A DNA stretch of 64,000 nucleotides from Tubiluchus corallicola (lineage: Eukaryota; Animalia; Priapulida), in contig JAQGDQ010000524.1 of assembly GCA_030141605.1 (NCBI GenBank), positions 1 through 64,000 on the forward strand. The letters run 5' to 3'. The position numbers were made by a program, and so were the translations under genes. Of this stretch, positions 1 to 12,650 are shown in pieces. The first letter of the stretch is position 1, and each line of letters starts with the position of its first letter. Under the pieces are notes generated by a model. That model was given only the letters and a program-made list of their open reading frames with translations, was not told where the DNA came from and made no database searches.

Positions 1-437
1 TGTTGTGCTGAAATAAAGTACATCGATATTTCTCCTGTGTTAAAACTTTAATTTCAACATAATTTATTAGCTTGCTTCCCCAGTGGCTTACACAGCTAAA
101 AAACAGTAAAATCGTAGAACGAGAGATCTTACGTACCTACAAAAAAGTTAAGCAACACTGAGACTTGCCAGTAAGTGGATAGGTGACTGTTGGTTGAATA
201 GATTTTGCGAGTTTCCTCTGCCGAACCGATCTCGGCTATTTACTTCGTAGAGGAAGGATGCCCAAAACTGGCAAATCGTCTTTGATAATTAATTAGATAC
301 CAGTCTTGCCGCCACTACCGTCTACATTAGACTTTTCCACTCGCTATGCGTCCACTGCCCTTACAGAATGCAGAACTGTGTAAAGAGAAAACATCTTGGG
401 TGGGTGGAAATCAAACGCGGATGGAAATGGCAAGAAC

Positions 438-553
438 TGCGCATGCGCTGTTAATTCATCACGGAATGTCGCTTAATGAATAAAAATTACCATTGTCATG
501 ATCACTTATCATTAGCAGCTCTATACAGAACATTAGCAACTTCAGAATAAGGT
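438..553 (+). promoter_or_regulatory. Candidate promoter element and non-coding 5' exon end of the OT/VP-type gene
   Basis: TGCGCATGCGC (NRF-1/Ewg-type palindrome) at 438-448 and a strong donor AAG|GTAAGA at 551/552. The first coding exon starts with an acceptor (TTTTCAG|G at 1871/1872), so an upstream exon is expected. Confidence 0.35.
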
Positions 554-664
554 AAGATTGATTGGAAATTTATTAAAGAAATTTAGAATTTTTAACGTTC
601 ATGTTATCAGTTTATCAGCAGGGATTCTAAAGATCAGTACAAGTTTGGACATGACGTTGTAACT

Positions 665-1300
665 TTATTTAGTTAGTTTAAACATAGTTTATTATAGGAT
701 TGGTTCAGGCAGTTTGAACAACATAATTTGGGATCCTCACCTCAACAGACTTTATACACTATTTACAAGAACATTTACAGTAAGAATAGACTATAACTAC
801 ACAAGCTGACAAGTTTTACTACAAGACATTAGTAGAAAATGACGGTTAGAAAATATTAATGTACGAATATTTAAGACTGATGCATTTCATATCAGTTGGA
901 AACTACTGGAAGCGTTTAGTACGTAATATAAAGTCATGTATGCATTGAAATATTTTACAGTTAGCAACATAGTTAAATTCACCTTTTCCGAATAATAACA
1001 ACTTTAACTGATCATTAGTTCCTAAGGCAGCTATATTAAGGTTTTCAGGCAGAAGTATTTCATTTAATTTATCAAACGTAACAACCCTAGTTTGTTGATA
1101 CAATGGGCAGTGCAACAAAAAGTCTTCAACAGATTCAAATCGAATTCCACAGTTACAAATTTCTTCAATATTGGATGACCATTATTATCTTTACAGCCTT
1201 TAGAGAAAAGGTCATAGTTTAGCTCAGAAAATCTGATCCTCATGCGCGTATGATGCATTGAAATTGGAGGTTCACCAAATGAAAAATCTTTCATACGAAA
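665..1300 (-). mobile_element. 5'-truncated CR1/L2-type LINE, ORF2 C-terminus and 3' UTR, frameshifted
   Basis: ORFs 1064-1294 and 903-1118 give HTRMRIRFSELNYDLF...HCPLY...LLLFG...NCKIF...FILRTKRF*, typical of a LINE ORF2 C-terminal end. A related copy sits at 26469-27145. Confidence 0.8.
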
Positions 1301-1876
1301 AATTATTTCTTACGCTTTATTTACAACTGTCAGCTTGTTCTACAAACCTCGTGTGAAATAACCAAAAGCTTAAAATACGCAAAATAACTCATAATTAGCA
1401 GTATAATTAGTTAGTCGTAAATATACACGTAATTTGATATGTTAGATAAAAATGGAATTTATTGTACCGATCTTTCAAGTTTTAATCACGTTTAATAAAC
1501 CAAAAAGTCAAAACCAGCAAAATAACTCGTAATTACCAGGAGAATTTACTCATTTTAGTTACATCTGTTACAATTTGATGTAGTTACATCTGCCAGATAT
1601 GGATGATTCGATGTATATATAGTTTAGTATTTAAAATGAATAAATTCTGCTGCTAATTACGAGTTGTTTTGCTGGTTTTGGCGATTAAAACTTGAAAGAT
1701 CAGGACAACTTTGGACGTGATTGGTGAAAAAATTGTGACTTTATTTTCAACTTTCAGCTTGTTTTATAAGCCATCCTCGTGCGATGGAAACAAAAACTTA
1801 AGACAAGAAAATGACTCATTATTTACAAATAGAATTTCTTCAAATTCTAACATTTTTCTCTCTATTTTCAGGATTA

Positions 1877-2011
1877 ATGGCTCGAATGGACGTTGGGGCA
1901 AAAGGAACAAGCTTTATCGTTTTATTTTGTACTATCTTACCTCTTGCTTCCAGTTGCTTCATTACAAACTGTCCACCAGGGGGCAAACGATCGGCTAACT
2001 CACCTCGAGAG
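1877..2011 (+). CDS. Oxytocin/vasopressin-type (vasotocin/inotocin-like) precursor, coding exon 1: signal peptide, nonapeptide CFITNCPPG, GKR
   Basis: MARMDVGAKGTSFIVLFCTILPLASS-CFITNCPPG-GKR-SANSPRE. Nonapeptide at 1955-1981, amidation/cleavage signal GKR, phase-0 donor GAG|GTCAGC at 2011/2012. Confidence 0.95.
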
Positions 2012-2049
2012 GTCAGCAGTAAAATTTAAACATAGTAACCCCGATTTCA

Positions 2050-2418
<369 letters not shown>

Positions 2419-3269
2419 GTAAAAAGTTAAAACTAGACTTATTCTATTGTAATTCGCTAAGGCTAATAATTATGAAGTCTTTTGTGTACAGTAAGAACGT
2501 AGTTTAGTTGTTTAAAGGACAACACTAAATGCAAGTGACTCATTACTGTCACTGGTGCATTAACTATGTGATTGCCTAAATGCATATGATGTTATAAAAG
2601 TGTACTCAGGTTTCTCTCCTGTCATACATATATAGGTCGTCTAAAGTACTTATATAGAAGTTATATTTACATAGGTCCTCTAAAGTACTTATATAGAAGT
2701 TATATATCTATATATATATATATGTAGCTCTTATATAGGTTTTTAACAAAAATAATAACTTTAATTAAAATTAGTTTAAATTTATATTTGTCACAATTTA
2801 AATTTGTAAATCAATTTAGATGCAACTGCTAGCGTATCGCAAGGGTTAATTCTGAGTTGCGGGGTTCCAATTTAAATTTATAATTTGTCTTCATTAGAAC
2901 AATTTTCTTTTGTTAATGCACGTCAACACAATACGTTATGTTCAATGGAAAACGTGCTAATGTTGGCCAACAATTCAATTCAATCCAATTTCTTTTTCTT
3001 TGTCTTTTTCGTGCTGTCAATATGGGAATACATGCAGTATATTTTAATATAGTTTTATACAACAGAATTCATACAGACAGGCTGACCCTAAATATACATT
3101 AGTGATAGCTGATCAAGAGTAGGAAGTGTAAAGTGTTACAATTAGTAAAAAAATATCAAATACAAATGTCGAAAAATAGAAGAAATAAACAAACACAAAG
3201 AAACGAGTGGGTGAGTGAGCGAGTGAGTGAATGAATGAGTGAGTGAGTGTGCGCGTGAGCCTATGTAAG

Positions 3270-3274
3270 TTCCT

Positions 3275-3362
<88 letters not shown>

Positions 3363-3544
3363 TTTTTCTTTCTTTTCTCTTTCTTTCTTCCTTCCTCTCT
3401 TTCTTCCTTTCTTTCTATCTTTCTTTATTCTTTATTCTTTCATTCATTCTTTCTTTCTTTCTCTCTTACTCAATCTTCCTCTGTCTCTCTCTCTCTCTTT
3501 CTCTCTTTCATTCATTCATTCTTCCTTCCTTCCTTCCTTTCTTC

Positions 3545-3619
<75 letters not shown>

Positions 3620-3640
3620 TCCTTCTTTCTTTTTCTCTAT
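3270..3640. repeat. (TTTC)n microsatellite
   Basis: Direct inspection. Confidence 0.95.
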
Positions 3641-4059
3641 CTCTTCTTCATTTTACTTTTTTTTCGCCACTGCAATAATTAGTTTTCCATAAGGTTTTCC
3701 ATTCCTGCTTCCTCATTTCCCCACTATCATTTTAAGTTAAGAAAACACTAAATCAGATTTAGCATAATCCTTGCATTACCTCAAGTATCTACTGATAACA
3801 TCTCACAATATGATTGAGTGTCTTTAAAACAATTATCACAGTATTGCTGTCTTGGGTAGAACTGTTGTTAAGTGCAGAATTAACTATGTACACTAATGTG
3901 CTGATTGTATTACAGCATATAATTCAATTAACATGGCAGCTTAGGAAAGCATAAACTGTGATATCGTCTTGAATTTTAATTGGTTATTATAGCTCAACTT
4001 GAGCTGGGTGGGTATCCATAGTAACTGAAGTAGAAGGAAATTCAAAAATGTAAACATAA

Positions 4060-4612
4060 AGTCTAACAAAACTGTATCGTAACTGTAACAAAACGCAACA
4101 AAGGTGACAGTGTGTACAAAACTGTAACAAAACGTAACAAGTGTGTAACAGAACGGTGACAAAATGTAACAAACGCAATAAAGGTGACAATGTGTACAAA
4201 ACTGTAGCAAAACGTAACAAGTGTGTAACAGAATGGTAACAAAATGTAACAACTGTAACAAAAACGTGACAACAAATGATCATCGCAAATCCAGCATGAC
4301 AAGATGTGATGACGTCATTGATTTTGGTACACATACTTGGCAGCCTGACATGTGGCATGTATGTATGTATGTATGTATGCATGTATGTATGTATGTATAT
4401 GTATGTATGTATGTATATCTATGTATGTATGTATGTATGTATGTATGTATGTATGTATGTATGTATGTATGTATGTATGTATGTATGTATGTATGTATGT
4501 ATGTATGTATGTATCTATTTATGTATGTATGTATGTATTTACAGATGATGATGGTGATGATGATGACGATGACGATGATGGTGATGGTGATGATGATGAT
4601 GATGATGATGAC
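4060..4612. repeat. GTAACA-rich minisatellite followed by (TATG)n and (GAT)n microsatellites
   Basis: Direct inspection; intron of the OT/VP gene. Confidence 0.9.
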
Positions 4613-4648
4613 ATGATGTTCACAAAGTAAACAATGATATTTTTCCAG

Positions 4649-4853
4649 TGTTTGAGATGTGGTCCAGGGTATCTCGGACATTGTTTTGGTCCAGACATTT
4701 GTTGCGGTGAGCTAATTGGCTGCTTCATACGAACACAAGAAAGTAAGACATGCTCAGAAGAGAACACAATTCCAATCCTTTGCGCACCAAAAGGAGTACC
4801 ATGTATCACCGGGCGAGGGCGCTGCGCTGCTGACGGGATTTGCTGTAATGAAG
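4649..4853 (+). CDS. OT/VP-type precursor coding exon 2: neurophysin core
   Basis: Acceptor TTTTCCAG|TGT. CLRCGPGYLGHCFGPDICCGELIGC...CSEEN...C...PC...GRCAADGICCNE matches the neurophysin Cys pattern. Phase-1 donor G|GTAGGC. Confidence 0.95.
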
Positions 4854-5484
4854 GTAGGCAACGTTACCTGGGGGGCGGGGTGTGGGGGGGGGGAGATTTC
4901 TGCTATTGCACAGTGAAGTTTTAAGCCAAACATTTATTCAGCTCGGCACCCCGAGAGCTAGACGCATCATTCAATAGCATGGTCAACTTTATGCTTGCGT
5001 TTGTAGCAGAACCGTAACCTAGAGCGTTATTAATGTTATTTCTTGAAAATGATACACTGATGTGGCAGACATGCCTTGGCTACATTCGGAGAAGAATACA
5101 TCCTTACTTTATAAGAAAAAAGGTCAGAATTAAAATTCGGACAAAACCGCTCAGTCACACACCAGAAAGGTATTGAACCCATAAGGTAACCCCATATTCG
5201 TTGACTAGGCACAGTGTTGCTTAACTTCAGTCACTAAGCACACGGTGCGGTCCAGATGCAGAGTTAATAAGTCGCATTGGACAGTAATAAATGTTGAAAG
5301 AAATTTCTAGATTCGGTTGTTGAATAGTGATTAAGTATCCTGCTAATAGGGGGCAGCACATACTTTGTAGGGACAGAATTAACAAAAATTATATTACTAA
5401 GATTCTATAAGATTCCATGTTAAATCCATTTCAGTTATAAAAAGGAGAGTTATGGTTGATAAAAATATATGGGTTTTTGCTTAA

Positions 5485-6063
5485 AGGAAGACAGGATGAT
5501 TTTTCATATACTACTCCATTTCCAAGAACGGTAAAAAGTATACATTTTAACACAATTAATACTGCAAAAGCGTTTCTGATAGTTAAGTTGTACATTATAG
5601 ATAGATAATTAATGGCGAGTAAGCACAACAATTGATGACATCACAAACTAACATAATTTTCAGCAGCAAAAATCTTCCGCAAGTGTGTTACACGTGTTTG
5701 TGAAAGCGAAAATTGAAGTACAGTGCTACTGTAACATATTCAGTGTGTTGTACTAAAACTAAGCAAGTTTTTAGGAAAAAAATTCAAATTTCAAATTTAC
5801 CGTTGTACTCACGCATGAGCTATCGAACGTGTCTCGTTCGTCACAAACTAACACCTGTGAACTGAGAGGTACAACACCTGTTTTTCGTACAATGGCGAAA
5901 TGCATGTAACAGCGAAGAACTAGCGGTGTGAACGTGAAATTATGTTTGTGTGATAATAATTCTTTCACGTAAGTCATTTTTGAAAAGAATACCATGTTTC
6001 CTTTCAATAGTTTTAAGAGTAGATTGTTTTGACCTACAGTTTAAGATTGGGTCCGGTTTTGCT
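5485..6063. mobile_element. ~600-bp non-autonomous DNA transposon (Kolobok/T2-MITE-like), copy 1
   Basis: Flanked by TTAA on both sides; termini AGGAAGACAGGA and TCCGGTTTTGCT form an imperfect short TIR; multiple dispersed copies in the window. Confidence 0.75.
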
Positions 6064-6650
6064 TTAACGTTTATTTTCACTTCGTAGAATAGTAACTTCT
6101 TTTCCAATTGTTGTCATGGCGACAACAATGACGTTGTTTTCATTTATCTTAACAACGTTGTTTTATTTTCATTTTCGTTCATATATATATATATATATAT
6201 ATATAAACGTTATTTATTTTGAGCAGATTTACAACACAGTAACTATTACTGATCACAGTATTTCCACTATGTGCAGTGATGAAATATACAATTAGTTAGT
6301 TCGAGTATGTAATAACTCAAAATAGTTAATTCAAAAATACGACTAGTTCATTAGTTAATACATAATTGAAATTGACAAAACCCATACAATAGGTACGATA
6401 ACAGAAACGATTCTCGATGTACATAAGCCTATAGGCCCATGAAAAGTATATGTTGTACATGGTAATGTACAATGTTGCTACTTAATTCAGAAATCCAATA
6501 CATGTGGAATTAATACAATTAGTGTAGTGTTACAGTTATTACAGCAGTACGTATAGTTGATTCTAGCATAAGTTGTTTATTAATGAGTACTTGATTGAAA
6601 AGACAGTCTGCATAAGAACTTAAAAAACAATTATAAGTACAATCAGTTAA

Positions 6651-7253
6651 CCCTTATAGGGTTACGATTTTTTACAACCGATTTTGGTGAAAAATTACCC
6701 CCAACATAATTCGTAAACTACTTTTGCTAAACCGCCGTGTTTCATTAGTAAACAGCAACAGCATAATTTGTGGTTATGCTGACCACCGTAGGATACATTA
6801 TACCTCTGCTTAAAGACGTGTGACTTACTAGTAATACGAAATTTAAATTCACTTAGTTACGTTCCCTTATCTAAGCTGGAATAACTGTAGACAACCGACA
6901 TTGCAGCGCGTGTGCAAAAATCATTGTTATTTTGAATTTATTGTCTGCAGCTTTCTTCTTTAACGTGGAGTAATTTGAATAACTGACATTTTGTTTTATC
7001 AGATACATCGCCCGTATAATGTATAGACAAGCGAAGTAAAGTTTCGACAATTTTAAAAAATCGACATATTGCATTTTCACTTTTATTTCGTGGTGAGACA
7101 ATGCGCCTAAAATAAATAACTGAAAGTATTTTGTGCACAAAACATATTTAGAAAAAGTCATAGAAAAGGTTTACTGGGATGCGTATGGTAAAAGGGTAAA
7201 ATGCAAAAAACCGGTCTGGGGGTAATTTTTACCCCCCGGTGACCCTATAAGGG
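6651..7253. mobile_element. piggyBac-like MITE
   Basis: TTAA at 6647-6650 and 7254-7257; TIR CCCTTATAGGGTTAC / GTGACCCTATAAGGG (14/15 match); subterminal AAAATTACCCCC motifs. Confidence 0.85.
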
Positions 7254-7299
7254 TTAACAAAACGTTTAGACTTTATTATTTTTCATTTTCATTTTCTAG

Positions 7300-7442
7300 A
7301 ATCGTGCAACTTTGACAAAACGTGTACAGTGTCTGCGACGAGATTACCAGACAAAATGAAGATGAAAGCTGCAGAATTTACCAATTACTTCAAAAATTTC
7401 CCAGACGAAACTGCTGACAGGTTCGCCATCTACCGACGGTGA
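7300..7442 (+). CDS. OT/VP-type precursor coding exon 3: end of neurophysin and C-terminal extension
   Basis: Acceptor TTTTCTAG|AA completes the phase-1 codon: (E)SCNFDKTCTVSATRLPDKMKMKAAEFTNYFKNFPDETADRFAIYRR*. Supplies neurophysin Cys13 and Cys14; total precursor 160 aa. Confidence 0.9.
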
Positions 7443-8908
7443 TAGATACAAATTTATCGCTAAAGACCTTAAACTATTAATTTTGATGGAAGTTGTGTTG
7501 TTTTTGCTATAATAAAATGTCGCCGAAAAAAAAAATTGTAGAAAATGCATATCATGTTGTTGGAACGAAAAAAAGTCGTTTTCCGTTAGAAAAGTTACCA
7601 ACGAGGTCTTGAACCCGAGGCCTTATACTAGCGACGCATCGATATGCTTTTTCCCCTTAAAGGTCAAGAAAACTCTGTACTAAATTTTAAAAAATCCGTC
7701 TTGAATTACACACTTCCTTTTGCATGTAGGGCTTGCGTCGGTAGGTCGTCCCATTAAATTTAATGTAAATTTAAACTCCCCCCTAACTGACCGTTAGGCG
7801 TAGGCATTTTAATGGTAGGTCGTTTGAAACAAGTTTAGATAACATTGATTAAAGTTTGAAAAAAATGATCAGAGCAGTCGTAGCATACATGTTACTAACT
7901 GAGTAAATTTTTAATTACTGTATCTCGTCAGTAAGATTAAAAATACGTTTTTTTGGTTAATAAGTGGTGCACCCCGGAGGAGAGTCAGCGAAATTTTACC
8001 AATTGGTGAAAACATTTCAAATAATTAATAATTTTCTTTTCTAGTTACATAAGTCTTTCCAGCAGGTAAGCGAAGTGCTAAGTAATATATAGATTTGCGT
8101 GGAAAGTTTTTAGGGACAAAGTTCAACATTTCCTTTTCTTCTCCTGATTTACGTTGAGCGTGTATGACGTCACGTAATGGCGCCATCGGAACAGTATTGT
8201 GGGAGATTTAAAATGAAGACAAACAAAAATTCCTTTTAACGTACGACATATGCGTAAGATTGCTAATAAAGTAGTATCATTTTTTGCTACGATTTTACTG
8301 TAACCCACGTCAGGTACCCCTTTTCATTAAGCAGTAAAATAACTCAGGAAGATCATCTTCTCCTTCTCAAGCTGTTCTTTGAATGCGTCAAAACGGTTAT
8401 AACTTGCCTTACTGTAGTTGAGTTTCTTAATCTAACAAGTTCGACAATTTGTTGTCAATCCAGCTTCAATATCTAGAGTTTTAGAAATTTGCAACATCCA
8501 AAAAGATACTGTACAAGTATTCCCTGTAATTATTACACACTGTATGGTATATTACTAATATATACACAAATTGTATATACACAATCATTAATATATACAA
8601 AGTATATATTAGTATATAGTATTTATAGTATATACTAAATAATATACTATATTATATAATATATTGAATTTATATATATATATAAATTTGATATATAAAT
8701 TTGGTTTCGTTCAACTTTTGTCAGAACAGCTGTACTGTAAATTTGTCGAAGCTTTTAGCTGATAGCATGGAAGGGTTGAATTTGTAGAGAGCTTGAGGTA
8801 TATTAGACTGAAGTTAGTGTAGACTGTTCTAAGCTGGTTCACATTGGTGGCTGAAACAAATAATATGAAATAAAAAATGAAGTAATATATTATTTATTAT
8901 ATATACAT

Positions 8909-9375
<467 letters not shown>

Positions 9376-9631
9376 GACTGTATTTAAATTCTGTAATGCC
9401 TGTAAGAGTATGACGTCTTGCGATTTTGTCCTGCGATGTATGTACAAACATACATATGTATAGCTAACTTACAAAGTTATTTTACTTAGCATTGCACCTA
9501 CCTGTTTGAAAGACTTCTTATGTATGTAGAAAAGAAAAATTCTTAATAATTTGAAATCACTGTTCCATTATTGCACTATCTTCACAACCCCAATGTGCAC
9601 AAAAAATGTCACTCGTTGCCAAAAAAACATA

Positions 9632-10004
9632 CAGTGTCCCCACCCACTTATCGCGGGTGTTCCGTTCCATGCCCACCTACGATAAGTGAATTTCCGCGAA
9701 GTAGGGAGATACACTATTTACTGTAAATGTTAATTTTTTATGATTTATGATATTCCTTTAATGTTATAATTAACATTTTTAATATATTTTTTTACATTTT
9801 GTGATTTTTTGTGCAAAATTCATCAAATCCATACATTACTGTACAATACGTACTACGCATGTGCAAAAATACTTTAGACGGAGTACCGCAAAAACCCGCG
9901 AAACAGCGAAAATACGGCGATAAATATTTTACATCAATATTTTTGAAAATCCGCGAAACAGCGAGTCCGCGATAAACGAACCGCGAAGTAGCGAGGGAAG
10001 ACTG
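9632..10004. mobile_element. Tc1/mariner superfamily (pogo/Tigger-like) MITE
   Basis: TA flanks; termini CAGTGTCCCCACCCACTTATCGCGG and CCGCGAAGTAGCGAGGGAAGACTG form an imperfect TIR; internal CCGCGA(A/T)A repeats. Confidence 0.75.
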
Positions 10005-10686
10005 TATAATTAATCTTAATGATAAGATACAGTAATTTTACTTTTGTTTAGTTAGTGAAGAAAGTGCTAAGAATGCTCTGATTATTTTTTCGAACTTTAT
10101 ACAATGTTATCTAAACACGTTTCAAACGACTTACCATTAAAATAACTGCGTTAAACCCAAGTTTAAATTTACAGATTTTATGCAGCATTACGGCTAACGT
10201 AAGCCCTGTATGCAATAAGACGAAAAGAAAGTGATAGAAAATTTCAAGGTGATTTTAGTCTTGTGCAAAAATTCTGCTTTCTTGGGCCTTAAGCTAAATG
10301 AAAACGACTGAAAAATGTATATGTTTTTTGCAACATAAAATTCGCGTTTTTTTGAATAATTTTACTTGGCTCAGAACACAAAATTTATGGCACTGCTTTT
10401 CTAAGTGTTGGCTGAAAAGTTTGTTTAGAACGAAATTTAGTATTTGATCTTCTGAATTGTTTTTGTAATGAAAATAATTTGCATTTTGACTATTTAATTG
10501 GGCCAATAACAGACAGATATAAAGTGTAGCTGCACGAAGATTTTATGATTCGTTACAAAAACATTTTGCAGGAAATTAAAATGATCTCTGTACACATTCA
10601 CGTCCTTTGTTTAACTACTGCATTACGTAAGAGCTAATCGTATTGTTAAAATAACAGTGATTCATGAATGCTATAGATGTAGCAGT

Positions 10687-11187
10687 GACGATGATGACGA
10701 TGGTGACAATAATGATGATGATGTTGAGGGTTTCGATGATGATGATAATGATTATGGTGACGATAATGGTGATAATGATGATGGTGATGATTATGGTGAT
10801 AATGATGATGATGATGATGATAATGATCATGGTGATGATGATGATGACGACGACGGCGACAATAATGAGGATGATGGTGATGATGATGATGATGATGATA
10901 ATGATGTCTATGGCGACAATAATGATGGTATGATTTTAGTTAATAATAATAAATCTTTGCTAGTACGTCTTGTGAAGGCATTAACATACTTAATTATTAA
11001 TTATTATTATTAGAATTATTAGAATGAACGTATATACATTTTGGACCTCTGATTGCATGTTGATGATGAGTGATGGTGATGATGACGATGATGATGATGG
11101 TGATAATGACGACGACGATGATGATGATGATGATAATGACGATGATGACGATGATGATGATGGTGATAATGATGATGATGGTGATAA

Positions 11188-11233
<46 letters not shown>

Positions 11234-11450
11234 CGATGATGATTTTGATCAATAATAATAAATCGTCATTAGTACTTTTCTGAGTGCATTAACATACATT
11301 AAAGTGCATTAATTAGAAAATAATGTACATGCAGTTTTGGCCAGTAATTACAGGCATTGATATTGAGATTGAGATGATGATGATGATGATGATGATGACG
11401 ACGACGACGACGACGATGATGATGATGATGATGACGATGATGATGACACA
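10687..11450. repeat. Three degenerate (GAT)n/(GAC)n microsatellite tracts
   Basis: Direct inspection. Confidence 0.9.
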
Positions 11451-12650
11451 ACAAACAACAAAACTTGAACATGAACTTCGTAATTCAAAAATCATGTCAT
11501 TGTTAATGATTTCCGTTCTACAATATTTCACAGAAAACGTACAGTTGTTCTATTTGTAACTTAATGCGTATCATAGCACCAGGATTTCGTACAACAGCGC
11601 GAATTTGGTCACAATCAATGCAGCCTAACGTTTACCTAACAACTAGAACAGGTCTACCAGACTAAGCCTAGTTTAGCAGATTTGCAAATAATTATTTAAT
11701 GGTAAATTAAATTTAATTAAGGTTATGAATAACAATTAGTAAATGTATCGTTCTTGGAGAGTTTAAACTCATCTGAGATTTTAAAAAACCAAACAGTTTA
11801 AAGAACATTTGTTGTAAGGCTAGAGATTGAATTTGTCGACGATCTTTTTCAAAAAATGGGTACTGTACGCGAGTTTATTTTGTTAAATAACTAATTATAA
11901 ATAAATAATAAGTAAAAATAATGAGTAAATATAATAAATATACACATGATAAGCTTTTGTACAATTGTGCAAATTACAACTTTGCAGAAATGCTATTTAC
12001 AAATGAATTTATTGCTAACTCTTTGACAGTTATCAATAGTAGATGACTTACCCTTGATTATAGTATCTTTATAACTAGTACATATGGTGATAGTACATTT
12101 TCACTTCAGTAGTTTGTGGCTGCTGAAGAAATGATGAGTTTCGGCAGTGTTAAATGCTTAACCACTTTGTTTACAGGCCACAAGTTAATGACTTTATTAA
12201 AGGGGTGTTAAAAACGTAAGCAGTTTAACTTCCTTATTAACTACTGTTAATAATGTCAAAACTGATGAAAGCATTAAACGGTATGCCCGCTCAGTCATGC
12301 ATAGCTGCACACAATGACTCACTACATGTGATGTCAAATTGTGACGTCACTGTGTAGCAATGCAGACTGGCTGTTATTGCTTGCAGCTGAATGCTTTTAA
12401 CAGTTTTGACATTATTAAAGAAAAGTTGTACTGCGTTGAGAAGACTTTTTCAGGCTGATAGAAATACTGTGTACATCTATAAAACTCTATGATCTTGTAA
12501 AACAAGTAACTCTTAATAGGCCTCTGTAACTGCTTCGTGGGTCACGTGACAAAATTATAGGCCACATTCGTATATTAAAAAAGAATCATTTAGGAAAACG
12601 ATTCAAGTCTAATAGATTATCATTAATGCTTTTAAATTTAATCCGGTGGA

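Noticed and set aside
5160-5265. Weak resemblance to reverse-complement 5S rRNA or a 5S-derived SINE
   Set aside because: Only ~30 nt of loose similarity (GCTTAACTTC core); cannot be supported without an Infernal/Rfam search.
7595-7640. Pol III B-box-like GGTTCAAGACC on the minus strand
   Set aside because: No cloverleaf or convincing A-box; at most a SINE remnant.
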